NCBI GenBank assembly: GCA_965218095.1
Contig: OZ244587.1
Location: 3,328,001 to 3,392,000 of the forward strand
From: Candidatus Poribacteria bacterium
GTDB lineage: Bacteria > Poribacteria > WGA-4E > PCPOR2b
DNA: 64,000 nucleotides
Direction: 5' to 3'
A program made the translations under genes and the position numbers. This document shows, piece after piece, positions 10,898 through 21,283 of this stretch (its first letter is position 1; each line of letters opens with the position of its first letter). The notes under the pieces were generated by a model. That model was not told the DNA's origin. It saw only the letters and a list, made by a program, of their open reading frames with translations, and did not search any database.

Positions 10898-11255
10898 TTA
10901 ATCCATGACCTGACCAAAGCGAGCAGAATAGACATTCTCAATCTTGGTACCGGGCATTGTTAGAATGTCGTCTACAATTTTTTGAGCCACTGTGTTGATA
11001 TCGGACTAGCACGTTGGCAGAAATAATTGAACAGTTGGAAGAAACCGAGTTTTTGCCAAAAACTCGGTTTCTAACCCCAACGGTTTCTAAATGGTAAAGG
11101 ACTTCCGCCACGCTGTACTAGCTACCTTTCGGTTGGCCAATTCCCGTGCTTCTGTAAAGCACGTCCCGCCTTAGTTAAGCCTCCACTTCGATCTGCTTGG
11201 TCGATAATGCGGGCACCATCAAATAACGCCCTTATTCAGTCTTTATTCACGATCC
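10898..11255 (-). pseudogene. Polymorphic-toxin C-terminal domain remnant split by a MITE
   Basis: DRSGGLTKAGRALQKHG (motif core 11143-11181) and DINTVAQKIVDDILTMPG..ARFGQVMD (10898-11002) lie on either side of the MITE. Confidence 0.6.
11006..11121. mobile_element. MITE with CTAG ends and internal palindrome GAAACCGAGTTTTTGCCAAAAACTCGGTTTC
   Basis: CTAG at both ends; inverted near-copy at 34264-34368. Confidence 0.8.
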
Positions 11256-11270
11256 AAACCCTAACATGAA

Positions 11271-11318
11271 TAAAACGTAAAACGCAAGGTATCACCTTTT
11301 ACGTTTTACGCATTACGA
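11271..11318. repeat. Heptamer tandem-repeat hairpin (TTACGTT/TTACGCA family)
   Basis: aaaacgtaaaacgc...ttttacgttttacgcattacg immediately after the coxM stop. Confidence 0.75.
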
Positions 11319-11325
11319 TTCCTGA

Positions 11326-12180
11326 TCAAGACGCTGCCTGTTCAATCGCTCGACGGGTGTAGACCTTCGCTAGGTTCTCACGGTACGCCTGACTTGCATG
11401 GATGTCTTCCAAAGCATCTACCCCATCAACAGCTTTCTCAGCCGCTGCGGCGATGTTCTCGGTGGTGAGCGCCTTGCTCGTCAACTCGGATTCGACGCCC
11501 GTTGCGCGATAAGCCACATCGGCGACGCCGGTAATGCTGATGGCAATTTTCTGGCAGGTGTGTCCAGATTTTGTCAGGACAACCGCCACGCCGGTGAGGG
11601 CAAATCCTGATGCCACCTGATGCAGCTTGAGGTATGTTCCTTTCGTGTTAGCATCCGGAATTGGCACATGAATTGCGGTAAGGATCTCTTCGTCTCCGAG
11701 ATCGGTTTCGTACAGCCCCTGAAAGAAATCCGTGGCATTGACAACGCGCTCACCATCAGGGCCAGCAACATGGATTCCAGCATCGAGCGCCAGAATTGTC
11801 GCGGGCCAATCGGCAGCTGGATCGGCGTGCGCCAGACTTCCGCCAATGGTGCCTTTGTTGCGTACTTGTACGTCACCGATTTCACCAGCTGTCTGAGCGA
11901 GGACCGGAACTTTCTGCTGAACCAGACCTGACCCCTCTAGTTCATAGTGGGTGGTCAATGCGCCGATAACCAGTTTTCCATCAGACTCAGAAATTCCTTT
12001 CAAGTCGTTGATATGTCCAATATCGACGATGACCGCTGGTTCAGCCAACCGCAGCTTCATCGTCGGAATCAAGCTATGTCCACCAGCAAGCACCTTTGCA
12101 TCGTCCCCATGTGCCTGTAAGAGCGACAACGCTTCATCGAGTGATGTCGGTGCAAAGTATTCAAAACTCCCCGGGATCAT
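11326..12180 (-). CDS. coxM: CoxM-like FAD-binding medium subunit
   Basis: LAGGHSLIP and VRNKGTIGGSLAHADPAAD; ATG overlaps the coxL stop. Confidence 0.93.
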   Translation of the reverse strand: MIPGSFEYFAPTSLDEALSLLQAHGDDAKVLAGGHSLIPTMKLRLAEPAVIVDIGHINDLKGISESDGKLVIGALTTHYELEGSGLVQQKVPVLAQTAGEIGDVQVRNKGTIGGSLAHADPAADWPATILALDAGIHVAGPDGERVVNATDFFQGLYETDLGDEEILTAIHVPIPDANTKGTYLKLHQVASGFALTGVAVVLTKSGHTCQKIAISITGVADVAYRATGVESELTSKALTTENIAAAAEKAVDGVDALEDIHASQAYRENLAKVYTRRAIEQAAS

Positions 12181-14528
12181 GAGTTGTTCCCTCCTTTCGC
12201 GTCTTGGATCGCCTGCCACACGTGGTTCGGCGTTAGAGGCATATCAATATGCGTAATCCCCAACGGCGATAAGGCATCCACAACCGCATTGACGAGGCAC
12301 GGCGACGAGGCAATCGTTCCGGCTTCACCAACCCCTTTGACCCCCATCGGATTCACAGGAGATGGCGTCACCGTATGGTCCGTTTCAAAGCGGGGCAACT
12401 GCGTCGCCTTGGGAACGGCATAATCCATCAATGAACCGGTCAAAAGTTGCCCGTTTTCATCGTAAACCGCGCCTTCATACAAGGCCTGCCCTAAGCCTTG
12501 TGCAATGCCGCCATGTACCTGTCCGGCGACCAGTAAGGGGTTAATAATATTCCCGCAATCATCAACGGCGACATATCGCTGCATATCGATCTCGCCGGTG
12601 TCGGGGTCAACCTCAACCACTGCGATGTGCGCGCCAAATGGATAGGTGAAGTTCGACGGTTCAAAGAAATGCGTCGCTTCAAGTCCGGGTTCGGTATCCG
12701 GGGGGAGATTCTTGGCGACGTGCGCTTCCAGCGATACCGTTGTGAAATCAACGGCTTGATTCGGCGAACCTTCCACAAAGATCTTTCCATCTTCAAAAAC
12801 GAGGTCATCGGGGTTCGCTTCCATCAAATGCGCCGCGAATTTTGCCATTTTTTCCTTCACCTGACCCGCGGCGATAACCATCGCAGTTCCACCGACAGCC
12901 GTCGCACGGCTACCGAATGTCCCGATGCCGTAAGGCTGCCGTCCCGTGTCGCCATGGATAACCACAACATCGTCAATGTCCACCCCCAACTCATCGGCGA
13001 TAATCTGCGCAAAGCTGGTCTCTTGACCCTGGCCGTGTGGCGAAACGCCGCTCAACACCGTAATTTTTCCAGTCGGCTCGACCCGGACAGTACTACTTTC
13101 CCAACCGCCGGCAGGCATGGCTATTGATGGCCCCATTCCGCAGATTTCGGCATAGGTAGAGATGCCAATTCCCAGGTATCTTCCCTGCTGACGAAGTTCC
13201 GCTTGCTGATTCCGCAACCCATCGTAGTCGACAATTCCCAATGCCTTGTTAAAGCTTTCCTGGTAATTGCCACTGTCGTAGATAATGCCAGTAGGGATTT
13301 CAAGCGGAAATTCTTCTGGCTGCGGGAAGTTCTTAAATCGAATATCCTTCGCATCCATCCCCAGCTCCTGCGCCGCCAGATCTACAATGCGTTCAATGAT
13401 GTAGGTCGCTTCTGGGCGTCCTGCACCACGGTAGGCATCTGTCGCCATCTTATTCGTCAAGACGCCGATCAATTCCAATTTGACATTTGTAATCTTATAG
13501 GCCCCCACAATCATGAGGTTCGTCAATGTGGGAATGAGCGGGGTGAGCAATTGATAGGATGCCCCGAGATTGGCGAGTATTTTCGCGCGAATCCCTGTGA
13601 TTGTCCCATCGTTTTTGACCGCGAGATCAACGTAGTTGACCTGATCTCGCCCATGAATCGTCGTCGTAAAGTTCTCCGTCCGCTTTTCGACCCATTTCAC
13701 AGGTTTACGTAATTGAATCGACAAATGTGAGACAATAACCTCTTCAGGGTAAACGTTCAATTTGCTGCCAAAACCGCCGCCAACTTCCGGGGCGATGACG
13801 CGGACTTTCTGTTCAGGAACGTTGACAGCAAGAGACAACTGAGTTTTGAGAATGTGTGGAACCTGTGTTGATGACCACACGGTTAATGTCCCTTCGCCCG
13901 GAAGGTATTCAGCCAAGACTCCACGTGTCTCCATCGCGTTTGGAATCAGACGCTGGTTCACGAACCGCTGAGAAACAATGTGGTCGGCTTCAGCAAAAGC
14001 CCCATCCACATCTCCCGCCTCTAACGGCATTGTAAAGCCAATATTGTCGCCAAAGTCTTCGTAAATCAGCGGAGAATCCGGCTCCACTGCCTGATCCAGA
14101 TCAACGACAGCAGGTAGTTCTGCATATTCAACTTCAATCAGATCCAGTGCATCTCGGGCGATATACGGATCGATTGCCACAACCGCGGCAACCGGCTCCC
14201 CAACGAAGCGCACTCGTCCCGCCGCTAGCGCGGGGTGATCGGGAGCCTTGAGGTCCGGAATCTCCGCACCGCAGGGAATCCCGCCAACCTTCCCCTCAAG
14301 ATCTTCAGCGGTAACCACAGTAACGACGTCGGGCAGATTCTTCGCGGCTTCTGTATCAATGCTTTTGATCTCTGCGTGCGCATAATCGCTGCGCAGGAAC
14401 GTACAGTGAAGGGTTCCCACCAGCTTAATGTCATCGACATAGTGGGATAACCCTTGAATTAACCTCGGATCTTCGCGCCGTTTAATCGGGGCGCCCATCA
14501 TCCGAGTCGGTGCCGCCATTGTTGCCAT
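12177..14528 (-). CDS. coxL: CoxL-like molybdopterin large subunit (form II / xanthine dehydrogenase family)
   Basis: VGGGFGSK, AYRGAGRPE (not the form I AYxCSFR), GQVHGGIAQG, KGVGEAG. Confidence 0.93.
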   Translation of the reverse strand: MATMAAPTRMMGAPIKRREDPRLIQGLSHYVDDIKLVGTLHCTFLRSDYAHAEIKSIDTEAAKNLPDVVTVVTAEDLEGKVGGIPCGAEIPDLKAPDHPALAAGRVRFVGEPVAAVVAIDPYIARDALDLIEVEYAELPAVVDLDQAVEPDSPLIYEDFGDNIGFTMPLEAGDVDGAFAEADHIVSQRFVNQRLIPNAMETRGVLAEYLPGEGTLTVWSSTQVPHILKTQLSLAVNVPEQKVRVIAPEVGGGFGSKLNVYPEEVIVSHLSIQLRKPVKWVEKRTENFTTTIHGRDQVNYVDLAVKNDGTITGIRAKILANLGASYQLLTPLIPTLTNLMIVGAYKITNVKLELIGVLTNKMATDAYRGAGRPEATYIIERIVDLAAQELGMDAKDIRFKNFPQPEEFPLEIPTGIIYDSGNYQESFNKALGIVDYDGLRNQQAELRQQGRYLGIGISTYAEICGMGPSIAMPAGGWESSTVRVEPTGKITVLSGVSPHGQGQETSFAQIIADELGVDIDDVVVIHGDTGRQPYGIGTFGSRATAVGGTAMVIAAGQVKEKMAKFAAHLMEANPDDLVFEDGKIFVEGSPNQAVDFTTVSLEAHVAKNLPPDTEPGLEATHFFEPSNFTYPFGAHIAVVEVDPDTGEIDMQRYVAVDDCGNIINPLLVAGQVHGGIAQGLGQALYEGAVYDENGQLLTGSLMDYAVPKATQLPRFETDHTVTPSPVNPMGVKGVGEAGTIASSPCLVNAVVDALSPLGITHIDMPLTPNHVWQAIQDAKGGNNS

Positions 14529-14590
14529 AATTAAGGTTCCTCCTTATTTGCATGATAAGGGTTCAAAGATTCAGAGATACGGTTCAGAAT

Positions 14591-15167
14591 TCAAGATTCA
14601 GGTACGTATTCACGGAGCCATGTTTCCCAGTCATCACCATCGTCAATGCCATAAACCGCTTGCGATTCACGGGTAGTGCGATTATTAGCTTTTGTCTGTG
14701 GGAAACCGGCTTGATGGCTCTCCGCGACGCTTTGTGTGTAGCGATACAGGTCTCTTCCGGGTTGTTCGTACTCACGGAGGAAGTATTCACCACGCGCCTG
14801 GGCCAACGAACCTGTATCTGTGAGCAGTTCTATGTGTTCCTTCGTCTCATCGCAAGAAGCAATAGAGTAGGTCAGGAAACGGAGATAGTCTCCCTTGTAG
14901 AACCATCGCCCGTAGCCTTCAACGAAGTTGGAAACAATCGCCAGAAACTGCGCTTTTCGGCTGTCATTCTGAGACTTTGCGAAGAATCTCAGCGTCAGAG
15001 ATCCTTCACTTCGTTCCGGATGACAGTCACCGCTAAAAGCGCAATTTTACCCGACGCCGGGTATACATTTCAAACTTGGGCAACTCCTCAAGGGTCATTC
15101 GATGAACTTCTACCGCCAGCCGATGGGCCGACTGATATACGCCTATCGTTTTGTAACCCTTTGCCAT
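14591..15167 (-). pseudogene. Four-helix-bundle protein (23S rRNA-IVP/TIGR02436-like), frameshifted and MITE-interrupted
   Basis: RBS ggagg, MAKGYK..AHRLAVEVHRMTLEELPKFEMY [insert] IVSNFVEGYGRWFYKGDYLRFLTYSIASCDETKEH. Confidence 0.8.
14945..15049. repeat. Palindromic MITE/REP-like element (GTCATTCTGAG...GATCCTTCACTTCGTTCCGGATGAC)
   Basis: Inverted arms ctgcgctttt..ctgtcattc and gatgacag..aaaagcgca. Confidence 0.7.
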
Positions 15168-15220
15168 GAAACTATCCTCCCTTCATCCTTGCATCTTGTA
15201 TCTTGCATCCTGCATCTTTG

Positions 15221-15694
15221 TTATCCTTGCAATTGTTCAGCGGCATATTGAACCGCATCGACGATGTGCTGATAACCTGTACAGCGGCAGAGATTCCCTT
15301 CCAACCCGTGCCGAATCTCATCTTCCGTCGGGTTGGGATTCCGCTGTAGCAACTGATGCGCAGCCATAATCATCCCCGGTGTGCAGAAACCACACTGCAA
15401 TCCATGACGCTCCCAGAACCCCTCCTGGATTGGGTGGAGTTCTTCGCCCTGCGCCAAGCCTTCAATGGTTGTGATTTCTGTGCCATCCGCCTGAACTGCC
15501 AGCATCGTACACGATTTGACAGCCTGTCCATCAATCATAAGTGTACAGGCGCCACACAAGCTGGTTTCGCAGCCGACGTGTGAGCCGGTCAAACCGACGA
15601 CATCCCGAATGTAGTGAATCAAAAGCATCCGCGGCTCAACTTCATGCGTGTGCACCTGTCCATTGATTGTCGTATGAATGACTTTCTTAGCCAA
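15221..15694 (-). CDS. coxS: CoxS-like (2Fe-2S) small subunit
   Basis: [27 protein letters not shown]; TTG start with GGAGG RBS. Confidence 0.95.
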   Translation of the reverse strand: MAKKVIHTTINGQVHTHEVEPRMLLIHYIRDVVGLTGSHVGCETSLCGACTLMIDGQAVKSCTMLAVQADGTEITTIEGLAQGEELHPIQEGFWERHGLQCGFCTPGMIMAAHQLLQRNPNPTEDEIRHGLEGNLCRCTGYQHIVDAVQYAAEQLQG

Positions 15695-16028
15695 GTGTAT
15701 TACCTCCCTATAGACATCTCGCCCCTAACGGGGCGGAAGAAAACCTTACTTTTCCTGAAGTTAAATGGCATTATATCAGAACCGGGTTTTTACTGCAACA
15801 AAAAAAACTGTGGGCTGTGACTTGACAGTTTCACCCGCCTGTCGTATAGTAGAGCGAGCAGCACCATTTTCGATCTATCGGGCCTCTACCAGTGAAAAAC
15901 GTCTATTTTTCAAAAAATTCGCTCGGATGAAAGTTTTTTGACATGAGCGGTGTCATACAGGATGCAAGATTCAGGGTGGAAGTGCTGAATTCTTGAATCC
16001 TAAATCTCTTAATCACCGGAGCCAAACC

Positions 16029-17888
16029 GTGCGTACGGAAGATGGATATCTCATTGATAAATGCCTCAACGGCGAACCGGAAGCGTTTGGCTTGCTGGTT
16101 GATACATACAAATCCAGCCTCTATGCGTTGGCGTATGCCAGAGTGCGGAACCTCCACGACGTGGAAGACATCACCCAAGAGGCGTTTATCAAAGCGTACA
16201 AGAACCTTCGTACCTTGAAACGCGGGGACAGCTTTAAGGCGTGGCTCTATTCGATTACGTCGAATCTGTGCAAGAACTTTTTGCGCTCGAAATCTCGGCG
16301 TCCGGACGACGAATTTATCGACAATCCGGGCGTAGATGTCGCGGAACCGACGGTGGTGGATGACGCGCTTGATGACCCAATGCACGAAATGCTCCATGAA
16401 TCCTTAGCGGCGCTGCCGGCGATGTATCGAGAAGTCTTGACGCTCCACTATCTGGGCGGCATGAAAAGTCGAGAGATTGCCCAGTTTCTTGGAACATCGA
16501 AGAACACGATCGATACCCGCCTGAGACGCGCCAAATCATATCTAAAAGAGGAGATGCTTACCATGATGAGTACAACGTTTGAACAATACCGCTTACAACC
16601 GAGTTTCACTTTCCGCATTATGGAAATGATCAAAGAGACGAAGATCCAGTCTGCCCCACACAAGACGACTCTCCCCTGGGGACTTTCAATCGCAGCAGGA
16701 CTGGTTGCTATTTTTATCAGTTTCACCGTTCCCTTCAGCCCACTTTTCCCTATTGGGACGCTGATTGGTTCAGCGCTTCCCACTCAAACGCAGGTCGCGG
16801 AGTTTGGCGAGATCCCTGTTGATACCATAGAAATTACGGAGATTACTGTCCTTTCCACTAAAAAAGGGGATAGAGATTTCGGACAGAAGCCCAGGCCCAA
16901 TCCGATAAGCGCCTTCGCTCCTGCGAGACAAGAGGGGAAGTGGAGAGGGAGAGCTCGTATGCGAACTAAAAGATGGATGTTGGCTGCCACTGTTGTGAAC
17001 GGGAAGATTTATGCCATCGGCGGGTTTGGGCCTACTAGGTTTAACGCAAAGACTCTCCCAACGGTGGAGGAGTATGACCCCGTAGCGGATAAATGGACAA
17101 AGAAAGCGGACATGCCAACCCCAAGATATGTTCTGTCGGCGAGTAGCGTGAACGGGAAGATTTATGCCATCGGCGGGTGGGCGGGACGTGCGAAGGGCAC
17201 TCGTTCAACAGTGGAGGAATATGACCCAGTAACAGATACATGGACCCAGAAAGCGGACATGCCAACCTGGAGATCCTCCCTTTCCACCAGTGTGGTGAAT
17301 GGGAAGATTTATGCCATTGGCGGAGGGGAACCTGGTAAAGTATTTTCGACCGTGGAGATGTACGATCCTGTGACGGACAAATGGACCCAGAAAGCTGATA
17401 TGCTGACCGCAAGATCGGGTTTGTCCACAGACGTGGTGAATGGAAAGATTTATGCCATTGGCGGGAGTGATTCTGTTGAGGATTTTCCGACCGTGGAGAT
17501 GTACGATCCGGCGACAGATATGTGGGTGAAGAAAGCGGACATGCCAACCCCTAGATCCGATTTCGCTACAGGCGTGGCAAGGGGAGGGATTCATGCCATT
17601 GGTGGTACGGCAATGATCAGACGCGGTGAACTGGGTATATGGGAAACCATTTCAAAAGTTGAAGTGTATCAGCCGGCAAGGGACAGATGGACAAAGGAGG
17701 TCGACATGCGGGTGCCACGCGGCTATATTGCCGCCGGTACGGTCAATGGAAAGATTTATGTCATCGGCGGCACGTCAGTACGCCCTGGCCTGCCGCTTGC
17801 AAAAGTGGAAGAATTTGACACCGGATTCGCCGTCAACCCCGCAGGAAAACTCGCCACATTGTGGGGGCAAATCAAATCCGCGCGCTAG
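16029..17888 (+). CDS. ECF sigma factor - TM - Kelch propeller fusion
   Basis: DITQEAFIKAY/FKAWLYSI (sigma2), EIAQFLGTSKNTIDTRLRRA (sigma4), one TM, 6 Kelch repeats (VNGKIYAIGG..YDP..W), C-terminal AVNPAGKLATLWGQIK. Start GTG 16029 or TTG 15993. Confidence 0.9.
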   Translation: MRTEDGYLIDKCLNGEPEAFGLLVDTYKSSLYALAYARVRNLHDVEDITQEAFIKAYKNLRTLKRGDSFKAWLYSITSNLCKNFLRSKSRRPDDEFIDNPGVDVAEPTVVDDALDDPMHEMLHESLAALPAMYREVLTLHYLGGMKSREIAQFLGTSKNTIDTRLRRAKSYLKEEMLTMMSTTFEQYRLQPSFTFRIMEMIKETKIQSAPHKTTLPWGLSIAAGLVAIFISFTVPFSPLFPIGTLIGSALPTQTQVAEFGEIPVDTIEITEITVLSTKKGDRDFGQKPRPNPISAFAPARQEGKWRGRARMRTKRWMLAATVVNGKIYAIGGFGPTRFNAKTLPTVEEYDPVADKWTKKADMPTPRYVLSASSVNGKIYAIGGWAGRAKGTRSTVEEYDPVTDTWTQKADMPTWRSSLSTSVVNGKIYAIGGGEPGKVFSTVEMYDPVTDKWTQKADMLTARSGLSTDVVNGKIYAIGGSDSVEDFPTVEMYDPATDMWVKKADMPTPRSDFATGVARGGIHAIGGTAMIRRGELGIWETISKVEVYQPARDRWTKEVDMRVPRGYIAAGTVNGKIYVIGGTSVRPGLPLAKVEEFDTGFAVNPAGKLATLWGQIKSAR

Positions 17889-17921
17889 AACAAACCCACT
17901 TTCTCACCTCCTTCCCTTTCC

Positions 17922-17962
17922 AAAGCCTCGTGTGACTTCGGTTACATGGGGCTTTTTATTTT
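17922..17962 (+). terminator. Intrinsic terminator
   Basis: AAAGCCTCGTGTGAC-TTCG-GTTACATGGGGCTTT followed by a T-rich tract. Confidence 0.8.
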
Positions 17963-18276
17963 ATGCGCCCCCGTGCGAATCCAAAGCTGGCTTTAACTCA
18001 GTAAACGCAGATTATTCAAAATCAATTCGCTGCTGGATGACATTTTTGAGCCACTCTTCCGCGCTGGACATCTTATGCAACTGAGCGAGAAAAGCGGGTT
18101 GCGTGGCTAACTCATTGGGAAAGGGAATATAGCATACACCATATCTTTTGTCTAGAAAGTGATTTGCCTTTCAGGGGTATCCAGTTTTCGGGCCTAATCA
18201 GCAAAACGTTCGGTCTTTGAGGCGCCATTGGTCAATCTCCATTCATGGGACGATAAGGGTTGATAAAGGTTATAGC

Positions 18277-19488
18277 TCAGGCCGCCAAAATTCGCTCGTA
18301 TACGCTTATGTGTTCGCCCTCCTTCTCCTCCGAATCGACCAGTTTGAGCCATACCGCCTGATCCTTTCTGTCGCCGCTGAGTTGCTGGACGTCGCCCGCA
18401 TTCTCCGGATGGACGCCACTCCAGATCACTTCCCCATCTTGCAGGTAGATGAACACGCCAGCGTAATGCTCCACTAGCCGGTCCCGATTATCCCGAAAAA
18501 ACAGCCCCTGTTGGCATGCGGTTCGACGCAGATTGGCGATTTTTTCATTGGGGTCCATCTCTGCGGAGTCAAACTCCGCCAGGGGCGGCTTTAGCCCACC
18601 CATGTCAAAATCGATCTCGTCCAAATCCACTGTACCAAAACCGTGCTCCGCAGCCACCGCGATGGGACTGCGATCGCGACGGTAGGGCGGGTGTGGCCAG
18701 TCGAGGCGAGGGGCGGTACCCATCAGATAGGTCCCGCAAGCATCGGTGGCAATGACATGATCGCCGGCAACTAACGCATCACAGATGCGTCCCTCCCCGC
18801 CCCACTCCCGTTTTGATTGACCCGTCAAGCCGTCGATGATGTTAAGGCAGGGCTGGGTGATTAAACCGAGGTCGGGTAGCACGTAGGAGAGCCGAATAGC
18901 ATGATGAAAGTAGGTCCGAACCCGGCCGTGGGGTGGTATGGGTGGTAAACCAAAAAGGTTCTTGAGACATAACGTGATGCCCATAAAGGCATGGTTTTTC
19001 ATCTTGGCGATGGAGACAAAGGCGTCGGCCTCGCCAAGGGCAGCAGAAAGCTGGTATTCAGAGAACATCAAGCCGCCGCCGGGAACCTTGTACCGCTCGA
19101 AGGGCGGATCGCCGGCTTCGACATAAGGGATATCAAACTCCTCGAAGATTGGGCCGGTATTAAAATCGTCCCCAGGACGCTGACCAGCAGGTACCATGCT
19201 GGTATCGATAACAAAAATATGTGCGTCGGTGCGCTCCTGCAAGAGACGCAACGATGCACACAGCACATCCTCATCCACCAGTTCTTGGCGCCGCCCGCCA
19301 ATGCGACGGATGTTATCGGTACGCATCTGCATGTTTACCTTGATACCGATTTTGCGGGCTTTTTCTATCTTTTCCCAGGATCGGGTTAGGGGGGTGGTAA
19401 TCGCCTTGAGCTTTTCGTAGATTTCCTCCTGGGATGCCTTGTGACTGCATGGAATGGCACGGACTTTGTAGGCTTTTTCTTGAATCAT
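18277..19488 (-). CDS. DUF362 domain protein
   Basis: IGIKVN, KMKNHAFMGITLCLKNLFG, NIIDGL; RBS ggagg. Confidence 0.85.
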   Translation of the reverse strand: MIQEKAYKVRAIPCSHKASQEEIYEKLKAITTPLTRSWEKIEKARKIGIKVNMQMRTDNIRRIGGRRQELVDEDVLCASLRLLQERTDAHIFVIDTSMVPAGQRPGDDFNTGPIFEEFDIPYVEAGDPPFERYKVPGGGLMFSEYQLSAALGEADAFVSIAKMKNHAFMGITLCLKNLFGLPPIPPHGRVRTYFHHAIRLSYVLPDLGLITQPCLNIIDGLTGQSKREWGGEGRICDALVAGDHVIATDACGTYLMGTAPRLDWPHPPYRRDRSPIAVAAEHGFGTVDLDEIDFDMGGLKPPLAEFDSAEMDPNEKIANLRRTACQQGLFFRDNRDRLVEHYAGVFIYLQDGEVIWSGVHPENAGDVQQLSGDRKDQAVWLKLVDSEEKEGEHISVYERILAA

Positions 19489-19927
19489 GCTGAAAACCTC
19501 CTTCGATTGCGGATTGTTGCGATTCAGCGTCACGAATGAATTCGAAGGCATTCTCGTAGCGTATTTCGTAAACGGTTTTATTCGCCATTTTCAGGAATTG
19601 CCTGTCAAAACTCTATACACATGCTGTGTAAGTTGTCAAGGAATACTATTTAGAAGATTGCGCGAGGGCTAAGGATTATGGTAAAATGAAATGTGCATCA
19701 ATTGGGTTTATTGTTGCATTCGCACCCTGGCCCGGGCTTTCTCCCTCCTTGATATAGTTGGCGTCAGCAGGTATTATAGCATAGGACTTTATTCCTTTGA
19801 AAGCAAAATGGCATCAAACTGTAGTGGTCAGGAAGATGGCAGACAATTTGCGGCTTGGATTTACCGAGCAAAAGTGTCGATTGACCATTACAAAAATGGT
19901 ATCAAGCTCAGAATTTGAGGAATTACG

Positions 19928-20926
19928 ATGGCACAAACCGAAATAGCGACGAAAGGCACACAGGTTGTTGTCAGACTAGACAACAGCGTCGGAACAGACG
20001 TTTTTGAGATTCGCCATCCGGGCAGGGGGGAAGTGCTTGTTGAAACGGTGCGCACGCTGATTAGCGCAGGAACGGAACTCGGCACGCAAGCGCAGCAGCG
20101 GACACACAATCTCACCCTCGGTTATTCTAATACTGGACGGATTATCGGCCTGGGTGAAGGAGTTGAAGGCTACGAAATTGGGGACCGTGTGCTGTGCCTG
20201 GGGCGTCATGCAAGCCACGTAACGGTTTCCGCTGCGCCACAATCGCTGGCGAAGCTGCCCGACAGCGTCTCCTTTGAGGATGGCGCTTTTGGCGTACTCG
20301 GGAGTGTCTCGATGCACGGCGTCCGAAAAGCGCGGATTGAACTTGGGGAATTCGCAGCGATTACGGGGATGGGCCTCGTCGGTCAATTGGCGCTGCAACT
20401 TTCGGCGCAAACAGGCTGCGACTTGCTCATCGCAATTGATCTGAGCGATCGACGTTTGGGGCTCGCAAAGGCTGTGGGAGCGACCCACGTCCTGAACCCA
20501 GGCTGCTGCGATCTCCGTTCTGAAGTTGAAAGAATCACCGAAGGTCGTGGGTTGGACGTAATCATCGAAGCATCGGGGTATCCTGAACTCCTGCCAATTG
20601 CGTTTGATATGGCACGAATCGGTGGACGTATCATGGCGTTGGGTTCGATCTGGCATCGCAAGGTCGAGATAGATTTCATGGATTTCCATTTGAAGGAACT
20701 GGTGCTCGTCGGCTGCCATCAGCCGAAATGCCCAACAGTTGCGACGCCTGCCTTTCCGTGGACGCAGCAGTACAACCGTCGCCAGATTCTGAAGATGATT
20801 GAACGTGGTGGACTCAACGTGAGTCGTTTAATCACCCACCGTCTGCCTTACACAGAAGCGGGTGAAGCCTATCGGCTGCTGCGTGATGAACGCGATAAAT
20901 CGCTGGGAGCCATGTTGATATGGTAG
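19928..20926 (+). CDS. Zn-binding alcohol dehydrogenase / MDR family
   Basis: LISAGTE, GYSNTG, GMGLVG, ITHRLP. Confidence 0.88.
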   Translation: MAQTEIATKGTQVVVRLDNSVGTDVFEIRHPGRGEVLVETVRTLISAGTELGTQAQQRTHNLTLGYSNTGRIIGLGEGVEGYEIGDRVLCLGRHASHVTVSAAPQSLAKLPDSVSFEDGAFGVLGSVSMHGVRKARIELGEFAAITGMGLVGQLALQLSAQTGCDLLIAIDLSDRRLGLAKAVGATHVLNPGCCDLRSEVERITEGRGLDVIIEASGYPELLPIAFDMARIGGRIMALGSIWHRKVEIDFMDFHLKELVLVGCHQPKCPTVATPAFPWTQQYNRRQILKMIERGGLNVSRLITHRLPYTEAGEAYRLLRDERDKSLGAMLIW

Positions 20927-20933
20927 GAGTACA

Positions 20934-21128
20934 ATGAACAGACGCATTGTCGGTTACGATTTTGCACGGTCGCTCGCGGTGTTGGGAATGGTGGTCGTGA
21001 ATTTTAAGGTCGTCATGGGTGCTGAAAAAGCTGGATCTCATTATAAAAATCCGGGGAGCCGGAGTTCGTGGGATCTTTACGCCTATAACCTTGTGGAAAA
21101 AAGAGAGTTCCGGATAACAACAGATTGA
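20934..21128 (+). pseudogene. N-terminal fragment of a DUF418/DUF1624-like membrane protein
   Basis: RIVGYDFARSLAVLGMVVVNF, then unrelated sequence. Confidence 0.65.
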
Positions 21129-21283
21129 ATGGAATTACAACATGGACGTTCAGATTGTGGACGTCGTTGGATTCGCTGCCTTTCGGTGTATCTACGATTG
21201 TTCGCTTGCCCAAGTGCTTTGGAAGCTGTCACGAAATTTGCAAAGTACACTTCTCAATTTTCTTAAACAGGAGGAAATAAAAC

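Noticed and set aside
17041-17560. Near-identical DNA repeats as DGR template/variable repeats
   Set aside because: They are coding Kelch repeats, and there is no reverse transcriptase in the window.
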